A stretch of DNA of 37,455 nt from Gemmatimonadota bacterium (GCA_027295155.1 JAPULH010000179.1:1-37455), one strand, 5' to 3'. Counted from the first letter of the stretch, positions 21,197-29,300 are shown. Numbers and translations are program-made. The notes: generated by a model not told the origin, from the sequence alone.

Positions 21197-23091
21197 TGGC
21201 CTTCGTCGTGGGTACGGCGGGACACGTCGATCATGGCAAGACGACGCTGGTGCATGCACTCACCGGTGTTCACACGGACCGCTGGAAAGAGGAGCGGGAG
21301 CGAGGCATGACGATCGATCTCGGCTTCGCCCCTCTGCCGTTGGGAGGGGGGATCGAGGCGAGCATCGTGGACGTGCCGGGTCATGAGGGCTTCGTCAAGA
21401 ACATGCTGGCCGGGGCCACCGGGATCGACCTGCTCTTGCTCGTTGTTGCGAGCGACGAGGGGCCGATGCCGCAGACGCGCGAGCACCTGGCGATCGCGCG
21501 CCTTCTGGGTGTCGATCACGGTGTCGTGGCTCTCACGAAGGCGGACCGGGTCGATCAGGCGTGGATCGACCTCTGCCGGGACGCGGTTCGGGAGGAGCTC
21601 GTCCGCATCCTCGGACACGGTGAGTGGCCGATCCTTCCGGTCTCCACGGTATCGGGCGATGGGCTGGAGCGGTTGCGTCACGCGATCGCCGAACGCGCGG
21701 GTGCCCTGGGCGAACCGGACCCGCGGGATCTGTTTCGCCTACCGGTCGATCGGGCGTTCAGCGTCAGAGGAGCCGGCACTGTGGTCACCGGCACCGTCTG
21801 GAGCGGCGAGCTCCGGGTCGGCGATGAGGTGAGGATTCTGCCCTCCGGTCGAACGGCAAGGGTGCGATCTCTGCAGGTTCATTCGAAAGCCCGAGAGTTG
21901 GTGGGCCCGCGCCGCCGGTGCGCGATCGCCCTGGTCGGCGTGGAGGCGCGCGAAGCGCGGCGCGGCTCGGTCGTGGTGCGAGGGCGAGCCTGGAGGGAGG
22001 TGCGGTCTCTCGGGTCACGCCTGACCGTGCTCAGTCATTCGCCGCGGCCGATCGAGCATGGACAGCGTATCCGGGTGTACCTGGGGACCCGCGAGGTGCT
22101 GGCGCGTGTCCGGTTGCATGTGCGCGGCCGCGGCGTCGATTCGCTGGCTGCCGGTGAGGAAGGATGGGCGATCCTTCAGTTGGAGGAGTCGCTCGTCGCG
22201 AGGGTGGGCGACCGTTTCGTGGTGCGTTTCTACTCTCCGATCACCACGATCGGAGGAGGTCTGGTGGCCGAGATCGAACCCCCGGCAAGGTGGTGGGACC
22301 GGATCGAGTCGTGGGCTCAGATCCTCTCGCGGGACTGCGTGGGGCGGGTGGAGGCCGCGGTCACTCTGCGCGCGGGCGATGGCGTAGAGACGAGCGAGCT
22401 GCCCCTGCTCGCGGGTGTCTCTCCGGGAGAGCTGAGTGATCTCGAGGGGAGCTCACGGCTCGAGGTCGTCCGGTTCGGCGAGCGCTGGTTCTCAGCACGG
22501 ACCCTGGATGAAGCACGAGCGAGGGTCCTGGAGGTGCTGGAGGACCTTCACCGCGCCCGTCCGCGAGCGCCCGCCGCATCCCGGGAGGCGGTGCGCAGCA
22601 CCGTAGTGCGTTCGTTCGCTCCCAGCCTGGTGGACACCGTGCTGCGTGAGCTGGAAGCCTCCGGGCATCTGGTGGCCGACGGTCCCGAGCTCAGACTGGC
22701 AAGCCACCATTCGGTCCTTACGTCCGCGGAGAGCGAGGCACGCCTTCGGTTGTTGCAGCAGATAGAGGACGGCGGACTCGAGCCTCCAACGGTTGGCGAC
22801 CTTGGATCGAGGTTGGACGTGTCGGACGAGCTGCTGCACGATCTTCTTCGGCTCCTACTCAGAGACGGGGCGCTGTGCTCGGTCAGCGCGGACATCTACC
22901 TCTCGGAGCGAAACACCGTGCTCCTGAGGGCGGCGACGGAGCGTGTCTTCAAAGGTAGGTCGCTGGCGACCCCTACGGACTTCAAGGAAGAATTCGGTGT
23001 TACCCGAAAGTACCTGATTCCCCTGCTCGAATACCTCGATCGGACTGGGATGACGCGGCGCACGGGTGACGGCCGGGTCTATACGGGTTGA
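21196..23091 (+). CDS. selB: Selenocysteine-specific elongation factor
   Basis: [38 protein letters not shown]-terminal winged helix [15 protein letters not shown]. Confidence 0.97.
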   Translation: MAFVVGTAGHVDHGKTTLVHALTGVHTDRWKEERERGMTIDLGFAPLPLGGGIEASIVDVPGHEGFVKNMLAGATGIDLLLLVVASDEGPMPQTREHLAIARLLGVDHGVVALTKADRVDQAWIDLCRDAVREELVRILGHGEWPILPVSTVSGDGLERLRHAIAERAGALGEPDPRDLFRLPVDRAFSVRGAGTVVTGTVWSGELRVGDEVRILPSGRTARVRSLQVHSKARELVGPRRRCAIALVGVEAREARRGSVVVRGRAWREVRSLGSRLTVLSHSPRPIEHGQRIRVYLGTREVLARVRLHVRGRGVDSLAAGEEGWAILQLEESLVARVGDRFVVRFYSPITTIGGGLVAEIEPPARWWDRIESWAQILSRDCVGRVEAAVTLRAGDGVETSELPLLAGVSPGELSDLEGSSRLEVVRFGERWFSARTLDEARARVLEVLEDLHRARPRAPAASREAVRSTVVRSFAPSLVDTVLRELEASGHLVADGPELRLASHHSVLTSAESEARLRLLQQIEDGGLEPPTVGDLGSRLDVSDELLHDLLRLLLRDGALCSVSADIYLSERNTVLLRAATERVFKGRSLATPTDFKEEFGVTRKYLIPLLEYLDRTGMTRRTGDGRVYTG

Positions 23092-23576
23092 TGATCGAGC
23101 GGTGTCTGGTGAATCCATCCGTCGCTTTCTTGGGCCCGGCGACCCTGTGGGCCGGGCTGTGGCTGCCTGCGCCGAGTGTAGCGCCGGCGTGGCCGACCGA
23201 TCCGGCGGCTGCGCGCCAGGAGTCCTCCGCGGCTGCCGATTTCACGCTCGATCCCGTATCGCCGAATCCGTTCGAACGAGAGACTCGGATCTCCTTTCGG
23301 CTCGGCGAGCGACTGTTCGAGGGGGAGGGGGAGGTTCGCGTCACGATGAGGGTGTTCAACATCCTGCGTCAGGTGGTGGCAGTGCCCGTAGCGCTGGACG
23401 AGCGGGGCAGGCCGGGCTCGGCGCTGGAGGACATGAGCTACGAGCGTCCAGGCTATTACGAGGCGTTTTGGGACGGCAGGGATCGGGAGGGTAGGCTCTC
23501 GGCGTCGGGACCTTACTTCGTGGAGCTCAGGGTGGGGGACCAGGCCCAGGTACGAAAGATTCTCCTCGTTCCGTAG
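23091..23576 (+). CDS. Secreted stand-alone FlgD-Ig / T9SS type-A CTD-like protein
   Basis: Hydrophobic N-terminus then SPNPF, VFNILRQVV, WDGRD..G..ASGPYF, RKILLV; ATG overlaps selB stop. Confidence 0.75.
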   Translation: MIERCLVNPSVAFLGPATLWAGLWLPAPSVAPAWPTDPAAARQESSAAADFTLDPVSPNPFERETRISFRLGERLFEGEGEVRVTMRVFNILRQVVAVPVALDERGRPGSALEDMSYERPGYYEAFWDGRDREGRLSASGPYFVELRVGDQAQVRKILLVP

Positions 23577-23609
23577 TCAGAGGGTGGCTGATGCGTCGTG
23601 CGGGCGCCA

Positions 23610-23966
23610 TCAGGGGGGATAGTAGTGGAAGCGTCCGCAGTTCTGGCACACGTTCATCTTGTCGTTCGGGTCGGCCTCCGATGCCCACGAGGTAGGCACG
23701 GCCACGAAGCAGCCGTAGCACACCCCGCCGAGCACCGGCACGACCGCTCGGTGGCGGCGGCCGATGACCCGACGGTAGCGCTCCTGAACGTCGCCAGTCA
23801 GCCGGTGCTCCAGCTCCGAGATCTTGTCATCCAGGGCTGCCAGCGCTTCTTCCACGCTCATGTCGAACACACCGGATTCGAATTCCCGGACATCTCCTTC
23901 CTCAAGCGCCCGTCGCTGCATGTGAAGGTCCTGCATCTCGAGGAGCGTCTCAAGCTGTTCGTGCAT
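23610..23966 (-). CDS. C4-type zinc-ribbon protein (zf-RING_7/DUF164-like), short form
   Basis: LETLLEMQDL N-terminus, RYRRV..RAVVPV..GVCYGC and VCQNCGRF. Confidence 0.85.
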   Translation of the reverse strand: MHEQLETLLEMQDLHMQRRALEEGDVREFESGVFDMSVEEALAALDDKISELEHRLTGDVQERYRRVIGRRHRAVVPVLGGVCYGCFVAVPTSWASEADPNDKMNVCQNCGRFHYYPP

Positions 23967-24035
23967 TTCAGAGAGCTCCCGAGTGAACCCGCCGGGCCAT
24001 CCTGCAGGGCTGCTGAGGGAAGGTGAGGGGCCATC

Positions 24036-24488
24036 CTAGACGCCCTTTTCCTCGAGAAGCTGAAGGAACTCCTTCGGGCTCTCGAGGCCGGCCAGACGAT
24101 CGGGAACGTCCGCCTCCTTGCTGAACTGGGCGATCTTTCCGAGGACGGGGAGATACTGGTTGGACACCTCCAGCGGAGGCGCGACGATAAGGAAAACGTA
24201 GTGGACGGGCTTCTCGTCGATCGCCTTGAAGTCGAGACCCGCAGCGTGCCGGCCGAATGCTACACGGAGGCGGTTGACGACGAGGGAGCGGCAATGGGGG
24301 ATGGCGATGCCCCTGCCGATGCCCGTCGACCCCAGGGTCTCGCGCCGCTTCAGCATCTTGAACAGGATGCTCTCGGATTTCTCGTCGAGGTGGAACAGAC
24401 GGACGAGCGCTCTGAGCGTTTCGTCCTTGGTTTCTGTCTTCAGGGCCAGGTCGACCGTATCTGTGGAGAAGAAGTCTCTGAGCTGCAT
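24036..24488 (-). CDS. ptsN: PTS IIA, nitrogen-regulatory (PtsN)/fructose type
   Basis: RETLGSTGIGRGIAIPHCR (phospho-His), GLDFKAIDEKPV; SD GGAGG. Confidence 0.88.
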   Translation of the reverse strand: MQLRDFFSTDTVDLALKTETKDETLRALVRLFHLDEKSESILFKMLKRRETLGSTGIGRGIAIPHCRSLVVNRLRVAFGRHAAGLDFKAIDEKPVHYVFLIVAPPLEVSNQYLPVLGKIAQFSKEADVPDRLAGLESPKEFLQLLEEKGV

Positions 24489-24603
24489 TTATTCGATTCC
24501 TCCGTAAGAGGCTTGTAATCAGGTCCCTGCGCCGCCGCCCGCCTCTAGGAGGCGCTCCCGAAACGCGCAGCCGAGTCGAGCGGGTTGTCGCTGCCATGCA
24601 TGC

Positions 24604-24633
24604 AGTATATTCCCGCGCTCGAAATACTGTCAA
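24604..24633 (-). promoter_or_regulatory. Sigma70-type promoter for ptsN / zinc-ribbon unit
   Basis: Minus strand TTGACA (24633-24628), 18-nt spacer, TATACT (24609-24604) in a locally AT-rich patch. Confidence 0.7.
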
Positions 24634-24690
24634 AGCACCCGCACCTCACACATCCGTTAGGTTGGGGCTTGCGTACCGATGCGAGATGCG

Positions 24691-25083
24691 ATGAACGGTT
24701 CCAACGACTGGCGGATTCATACCTTTCTCAAGGTGCTTCTCCGATCCATGGGCGCGCAGCGCGTCGTCCTGTGGCACCTGGACGCGGTACGCGAGGAGTG
24801 GATCGCGGAGGAGGAGGTATCGACCGGAGGACCGGCTCGGACCGACCCTCTCCCGGGCATGGGACACCCGTTCACCTGGTCGGTGCGGGAGGATCTGGTC
24901 CTTCAGGTGCTCTCGACCGACCTGTTCAAGGGTTCGCCTGAGGGCGAGTGGTCTCTCGTCGCTCCGGTGAGCGAGTGGAATCGGCTGGTCAGCATCTCGT
25001 TTCCGGGCGCGCCGGGCGTGAACGCACGCACGGCGCTGGAATCCGCGGTACAGCACCTGCGTGCGATCGCTCCGTGGGAGTGA
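24691..25083 (+). CDS. Hypothetical protein, possible stand-alone GAF-like domain
   Basis: 130-aa ORF filling the gap before tmRNA; helix-MGAQRVVLW-strand...SLVAPV...helix pattern resembles a GAF fold. Confidence 0.6.
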   Translation: MNGSNDWRIHTFLKVLLRSMGAQRVVLWHLDAVREEWIAEEEVSTGGPARTDPLPGMGHPFTWSVREDLVLQVLSTDLFKGSPEGEWSLVAPVSEWNRLVSISFPGAPGVNARTALESAVQHLRAIAPWE

Positions 25084-25118
25084 ACCAACGGCGACGAAGG
25101 AGTGTAGGAAGCTGATAA

Positions 25119-25484
25119 GGGGGCGATCAGGTTTCGACGTGTGCGCCCGAAACCGCAGTCGCGTGCCGAGGTCTCGGACCCTCGTAAAACACCGGGACAA
25201 AACCATAATTGCCAACGACAACTTGGCATTGGCTGCGTAACTTAGCGTAGCCCGTCTTCCGTTCGGCCGGGCCCGAGGCGGGGCGAGAGGGCGACGACAA
25301 ATCGGGCTGGACGTGGATCGTCCGCCGCGGTCGATCCCGTCGAGATGGCGAAAGCCAGCTTGCGGCTGGCCGGTTGAGGGTCGTCTGCGGACCCGAGGTC
25401 GGCGAGAAGAGCAAACGTAGACTACGCACGTAGAAGCTGTGGGCGAAGGCCTCGCGGACGCGGGTTCGATTCCCGCCGCCTCCA
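25119..25484 (+). ncRNA. ssrA: tmRNA
   Basis: 5' GGGGGCG pairs with 3' CGCCTCC-A with G3:U; TTCGAC near 5' end; T-arm GCGGG-TTCGATT-CCCGC; tag ORF 25211-25240 ANDNLALAA*. Confidence 0.98.
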
Positions 25485-25496
25485 TCAACGCAGGTT

Positions 25497-25545
25497 CGTG
25501 GTGCCGTCCTTCCTGGGAGCGGCACCACGGCCTCTTCTTTTTTTT
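25497..25545 (+). terminator. Intrinsic terminator-like hairpin after tmRNA
   Basis: CGTGGTGCCG (25497-25506) / CGGCACCACG (25520-25529) 10-bp stem followed by CCTCTTC and a T8 run. Confidence 0.65.
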
Positions 25546-25580
25546 GAGGCCGGTTCGGCTGCCACGAAGCGGAGCACGAG

Positions 25581-26066
25581 ATGCTCGAGGAGATACGAGA
25601 GCGCCTGAGCGACGAGAGCGAGGAGCTTCTGCACGAGCTGCAGGTGGTCCTGCCACAGGAGATCGAGCACGCTCTTGGGCACGGGGACCTGCGGGAGAAC
25701 TCCGAGTATCATGCCGCGCTCGAGCGGCAGCGCCTCGTGTACGCTCGCCTGCAGTACATCTCGCGGCGCCTGTCCGAGCTGTCCGACATCGATCTCGAGA
25801 CGATTCCCGACGACCGGATCGGCTTCGGCTCCCGGGTCACGGTGCGAGACGTCGAGGACGACTCTACCGAGGTGTACACGCTGGCCTTCGGCGAGCACGT
25901 CGACGTCGAGAAGGCGGAGATCTCTATGGCGTCTCCGATTGGAAAGGCGCTCCTCGGTCGGCGAGAGGGAGAGGAAGTCAGCGTGACACTTCCCATGGGC
26001 ACGCTGCGCTATGAGATCATCGAGGTCTTCACGATTCACCAGGTGACGGAAACCGACGACGGCTGA
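25581..26066 (+). CDS. greA: Transcription elongation factor GreA/GreB family
   Basis: HGDLRENSEYHAA, IGFGSRVTV, ISMASPIGKALLG. Confidence 0.94.
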   Translation: MLEEIRERLSDESEELLHELQVVLPQEIEHALGHGDLRENSEYHAALERQRLVYARLQYISRRLSELSDIDLETIPDDRIGFGSRVTVRDVEDDSTEVYTLAFGEHVDVEKAEISMASPIGKALLGRREGEEVSVTLPMGTLRYEIIEVFTIHQVTETDDG

Positions 26067-26068
26067 GC

Positions 26069-26806
26069 ATGGGCCCGTCGCTCACTCACCTCGCGGTCCA
26101 CCACTTCCCGGTCGTCCTCGCGCTGGCGGGAGCCACCGCCTTTCTGGTCGGATTCGTCTCTCGGCGGGCGCCTGCGCAGCAGTACGGAGCGCTCTCTCTG
26201 CTTCTTGCCGGCGCTACCGCTCCGGCAGCCTATCTGTCCGGTCGTTGGGCGGCCGCCGAGCTTGCCTCGAGGTCTGCCGGCGTGGATGCGAGAGCCACGC
26301 TAGGGAGTGTGCTCGAAGCCCATGCGCTCTACGGGACCCTTGCCACGTTGGCGCTGATCGCCGCGGGAGTGACCGCCGCAGTCTGGCTCCGCCGGGCCGG
26401 AAGGCGTCTCGGCGTGGCGCTCGTCGCCCTCGCCGTCTTCGCGGCGCTTCTGTCTACGGCGGCGGGCTGGAAGGGCGGGTTCATCCTGCACGGCGACCTG
26501 CTAGAAGACCTTGATCGGCGGGATGTACTTCTCGGGATCCGCCCGGAGGTCGGCGAGGATGTTGTTCAGCTCGACCACCATCCGGAGCAACTCCTCGTAG
26601 AGCCCTTCATCCACGAGCAGCTGTCCGATCGAGCCTTCCCCGGCCCGCAGGCCGGCCAGCAGCGAGTCAGAGCGGCTCGCCATGTTGGCCAGCGACTCGT
26701 AAAGAGAATCCGATGCGAGCAGCCGTCCGAGCGTGCCTTCTCCCCGCGCCAGCCTCGCCGTCACGGAATCGAGAGAGGTCACGGTGCCGAGCAGCCGGTC
26801 GTATAG
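26069..26806 (+). CDS. Four-TM membrane protein, DUF2231-like (3' ~100 codons run antisense into mlaD)
   Basis: HLAVHHFPVVL, AYLSG, LEAHA, GWKGGFILHG; hydrophobic part ends near 26500; true 3' end doubtful. Confidence 0.6.
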   Translation: MGPSLTHLAVHHFPVVLALAGATAFLVGFVSRRAPAQQYGALSLLLAGATAPAAYLSGRWAAAELASRSAGVDARATLGSVLEAHALYGTLATLALIAAGVTAAVWLRRAGRRLGVALVALAVFAALLSTAAGWKGGFILHGDLLEDLDRRDVLLGIRPEVGEDVVQLDHHPEQLLVEPFIHEQLSDRAFPGPQAGQQRVRAARHVGQRLVKRIRCEQPSERAFSPRQPRRHGIERGHGAEQPVV

Positions 26807-27481
26807 CTCCTCATCCCTGATCATGCGGCCGAGGGCTCCCTCTCCCGTGTTTACCGATGAGAGGAAGTACGAGAGCTCGTCGCCTAGCTCCACGAGCTGA
26901 TCATACAGGGCTCGGTTCACGATGAGCTGTCCCATGGTGCCCTCCCCGCTCAGCAGGTCGCGGGTGAGCTCGTCCAATGAGCGTACGAGCTGCGTGAGGC
27001 TGACGACGGCGTCCGACGCCTCGTTCAGCAGCTCCGCATAGCCGAGCGCCTCCGCGGCGATGAGCGTGTCCCCCGGCTGGAGGATGGGGGCGTCTGGACT
27101 GCCGGGCTCGATGTCGATGATGCGGTCGCCTAGCAGGCCCTGCGTGCGAATGCGCGCCCGGGAGTCGATCCGGATCTGGTTCCGCACCTCCCTGTTGACC
27201 GCGAGCCACACCGCAACGCCCTCGCCCGTCGCCGGGCGGCTCTCAGGGTCGATGAATGCGATCCGTGAGACCTGACCCACGGGCTGGCCTGCCACCTGTA
27301 CCGCTGCGCCGGGCACGAGGCCAGCGGCCGACCGCATCAGCGTCACGAGCTGATACCTGTCGCCGAAGACGCTTCCCGTCTTGCCGATGAAGAAGACCCC
27401 TGTGGCAAGCATGGCGAGTGCGACGGTCAACAGCGCGCCGACCTTGACCTCTTCCCAGGTGATCGGCCTGGATCTCCTCAT
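26501..27481 (-). CDS. mlaD: MCE/MlaD family protein with helical repeat C-terminus
   Basis: EVKVG + TM, AAGLVPGAAVQVAGQPVGQV, ARIRTQGLLGDRIIDIEPG, DPEKY. Confidence 0.92.
   Translation of the reverse strand: MRRSRPITWEEVKVGALLTVALAMLATGVFFIGKTGSVFGDRYQLVTLMRSAAGLVPGAAVQVAGQPVGQVSRIAFIDPESRPATGEGVAVWLAVNREVRNQIRIDSRARIRTQGLLGDRIIDIEPGSPDAPILQPGDTLIAAEALGYAELLNEASDAVVSLTQLVRSLDELTRDLLSGEGTMGQLIVNRALYDQLVELGDELSYFLSSVNTGEGALGRMIRDEELYDRLLGTVTSLDSVTARLARGEGTLGRLLASDSLYESLANMASRSDSLLAGLRAGEGSIGQLLVDEGLYEELLRMVVELNNILADLRADPEKYIPPIKVF
26540..26947 (-). repeat. Four 34-aa repeats (GEGxxGxLxxxxxLY) within MlaD
   Basis: GEGTMGQLI..LY, GEGALGRMI..LY, GEGTLGRLL..LY, GEGSIGQLL..LY at an exact 34-residue period. 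Confidence 0.85.
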
Positions 27482-27514
27482 CTGACCTCCCGCCGTCGCG
27501 CCAGGTGCGGCAGC

Positions 27515-28246
27515 CTACTCAAGGTACTCGCGTATGTACGGATTCTCCGCCGCGAGCATCTGCTGTGGTGTCCCCATAAAGATGATATCACCTGCCTGGA
27601 GTAGCGCCACGCGGTTTGCGATCCGGCATGCCGACTGCGTGTCGTGCGTGACCACTATCGAGCTCACTCCGAGTTCCTGGCGCAGCTTGACGATGAGGGT
27701 GTCGATCTTTCTCGTCGTGATCGGATCCAGGCCGCTCGTGGGCTCGTCGAAGAGAAGGATCTCCGGCTGATGGACGATCGCCCGCGCTATCGCCACCCTC
27801 TTCTTCATCCCACCGCTCAGCTCCGAAGGAAGCATCTCACCCACACGTTCGAAGTCCAGGTCCACGAAAGCGAGCGCCTCCCGCACCCGCTCACGGATGG
27901 TCTCGAGCGGCAGGTCGGTGTGCTCGAAGAGCGCAAAGGCGACGTTATCGAAGATCGGCAGGGAGTCGAAGAGCGCCGATCCCTGAAAGACCATCCCCAT
28001 TCGCTGACGGACCTTGAAGATCTCCGAGCGACCGGCCGAGCACAGGTCGTGTCCGAGCACGGTAACGCTTCCGGAGTCCATCGACTCGAGACACAGGATC
28101 AGCTTCAGTATCGTGCTCTTTCCGACGCCGGAGCCGCCGAGCACGCACAGCGTCTCGCCCCGGTGCACCGAGAAGGTGATGCCGTTCAAGACGACGTGAG
28201 CACCGTACGCCAGGCGAACATCGCGCAGCTCGATGACAGCCTTCAT
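27515..28246 (-). CDS. mlaF: MlaF/Mkl-type ABC ATP-binding protein
   Basis: GGSGVGKS, MVFQGSALFDS, ELSGGMKKRVAIARA, DEPTSGLDP, VVTHD. Confidence 0.92.
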   Translation of the reverse strand: MKAVIELRDVRLAYGAHVVLNGITFSVHRGETLCVLGGSGVGKSTILKLILCLESMDSGSVTVLGHDLCSAGRSEIFKVRQRMGMVFQGSALFDSLPIFDNVAFALFEHTDLPLETIRERVREALAFVDLDFERVGEMLPSELSGGMKKRVAIARAIVHQPEILLFDEPTSGLDPITTRKIDTLIVKLRQELGVSSIVVTHDTQSACRIANRVALLQAGDIIFMGTPQQMLAAENPYIREYLE

Positions 28247-29067
28247 TCGATGAGCAGAGCGATCAACAGCTGGGTCAGGAGGTAATCCGTCGTCAGTATC
28301 AGGATCGAAGACGTCACCACCGCGTGCGTGGCGGCGCGGCCCACACCCTCCGTTCCTCCTCTCGCGCTCAGCCCGTAGTAGCACGATGTGAGCGCCATGA
28401 TCCCCCCGAATACGAACGGCTTCACGAGACCCTGGACGAGGTCGATCGGAATGAATCTGAAGATGAAGCCGGTATCCGCGAGGGCCTGATAGACGGAGCG
28501 CATGTACAGCGTCGCGGTCAGGTCCAGCTTGACCACCGCGATCAGGAGCCCACCAAGCACTGCGATGACGTCCGTGACCACGGTGAGCATCGGGAGCACG
28601 ATGAGAGCGGCAAGGAAGCGCGGCGCAACCAGCTTGCGTACCGGATCGACCCCCAGCGTCTCGAGCGCGTCGATCTGCTCGGTAATCCGCATCGCGCCGA
28701 GCTGCGCAGCCATTCCGGAGCCCGCACGGCCGGTGACCATGAGCGCTGTCAGAACGGGTCCGAGCTCTCGTACGATACTTGCCCCGACCAGTCGGCCGAT
28801 ATAGATGGTGGCGCCGAACTGCCGCATCTCCACCGCGGATTGGAGTGCCAGGACCATGCCCGTAAAGAGGCCCGTCAGCGCGACGATGCCGATGGACCCA
28901 ACCCCGATCGTATCCATTTGCTGCGTGAGATCTCTCCCATAGAACGGCCGACTCACCGAGGATACCAGGACTCGACCGAGCAGATCGAAGTACTGTTGCA
29001 CCCGATAGGCCGCGGACTTGAGGGCCCGGTCCAGCAGGCGCAACGGAGAGAGATCTGAGGCAGGCAT
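28243..29067 (-). CDS. mlaE: MlaE family ABC permease
   Basis: IGVGS, RELGPVLTALMVTGRAGS, MRITEQIDALETLGVDP, GGTEGVGRA. Confidence 0.94.
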   Translation of the reverse strand: MPASDLSPLRLLDRALKSAAYRVQQYFDLLGRVLVSSVSRPFYGRDLTQQMDTIGVGSIGIVALTGLFTGMVLALQSAVEMRQFGATIYIGRLVGASIVRELGPVLTALMVTGRAGSGMAAQLGAMRITEQIDALETLGVDPVRKLVAPRFLAALIVLPMLTVVTDVIAVLGGLLIAVVKLDLTATLYMRSVYQALADTGFIFRFIPIDLVQGLVKPFVFGGIMALTSCYYGLSARGGTEGVGRAATHAVVTSSILILTTDYLLTQLLIALLIE

Positions 29068-29072
29068 GCGCT

Positions 29073-29101
29073 TTGACCGCAGTGAGGGTCACCACTATGT
29101 T
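29073..29101 (+). promoter_or_regulatory. Sigma70-type promoter for the leader-ridA-selC unit
   Basis: TTGACC (29073-29078), 17-nt spacer, TATGTT (29096-29101). Confidence 0.6.
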
Positions 29102-29109
29102 CGCGCCGC

Positions 29110-29274
29110 CGTCGACGGGCGACTCCCGTCGGCGCCTGCGCGTCACGGCAGACCCCGGTCGGTGGGGTGCAAGGCCGCCGGAGGTTAGAACCGGTGCCGA
29201 CCGGACGCAAGCCGAGTTGCCGTTGGTCGGTCTTGGTTCGTCCACGTCCGACCACACCCCCATCGCGGGCGCGC
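29110..29274 (+). ncRNA. Candidate structured leader RNA / riboswitch-like element (unassigned)
   Basis: Several long complementary segments with G:U pairs that favour the + strand; two alternative folds; degenerate c-di-GMP-I-like motifs; see findings. Confidence 0.45.
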
Positions 29275-29300
29275 TCATCGAGATGGAGGTCAGAGGCCGG

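Noticed and set aside
23994-24037. 10-bp direct repeat GGGCCATCCT (23994, 24028)
   Set aside because: Two copies only in GC-rich DNA; not CRISPR-like and no cas genes
25127-25528. ORFs overlapping tmRNA, and the 29672 start overlapping tRNA-Sec
   Set aside because: Explained by the RNA genes; no protein motifs in the overlapping parts
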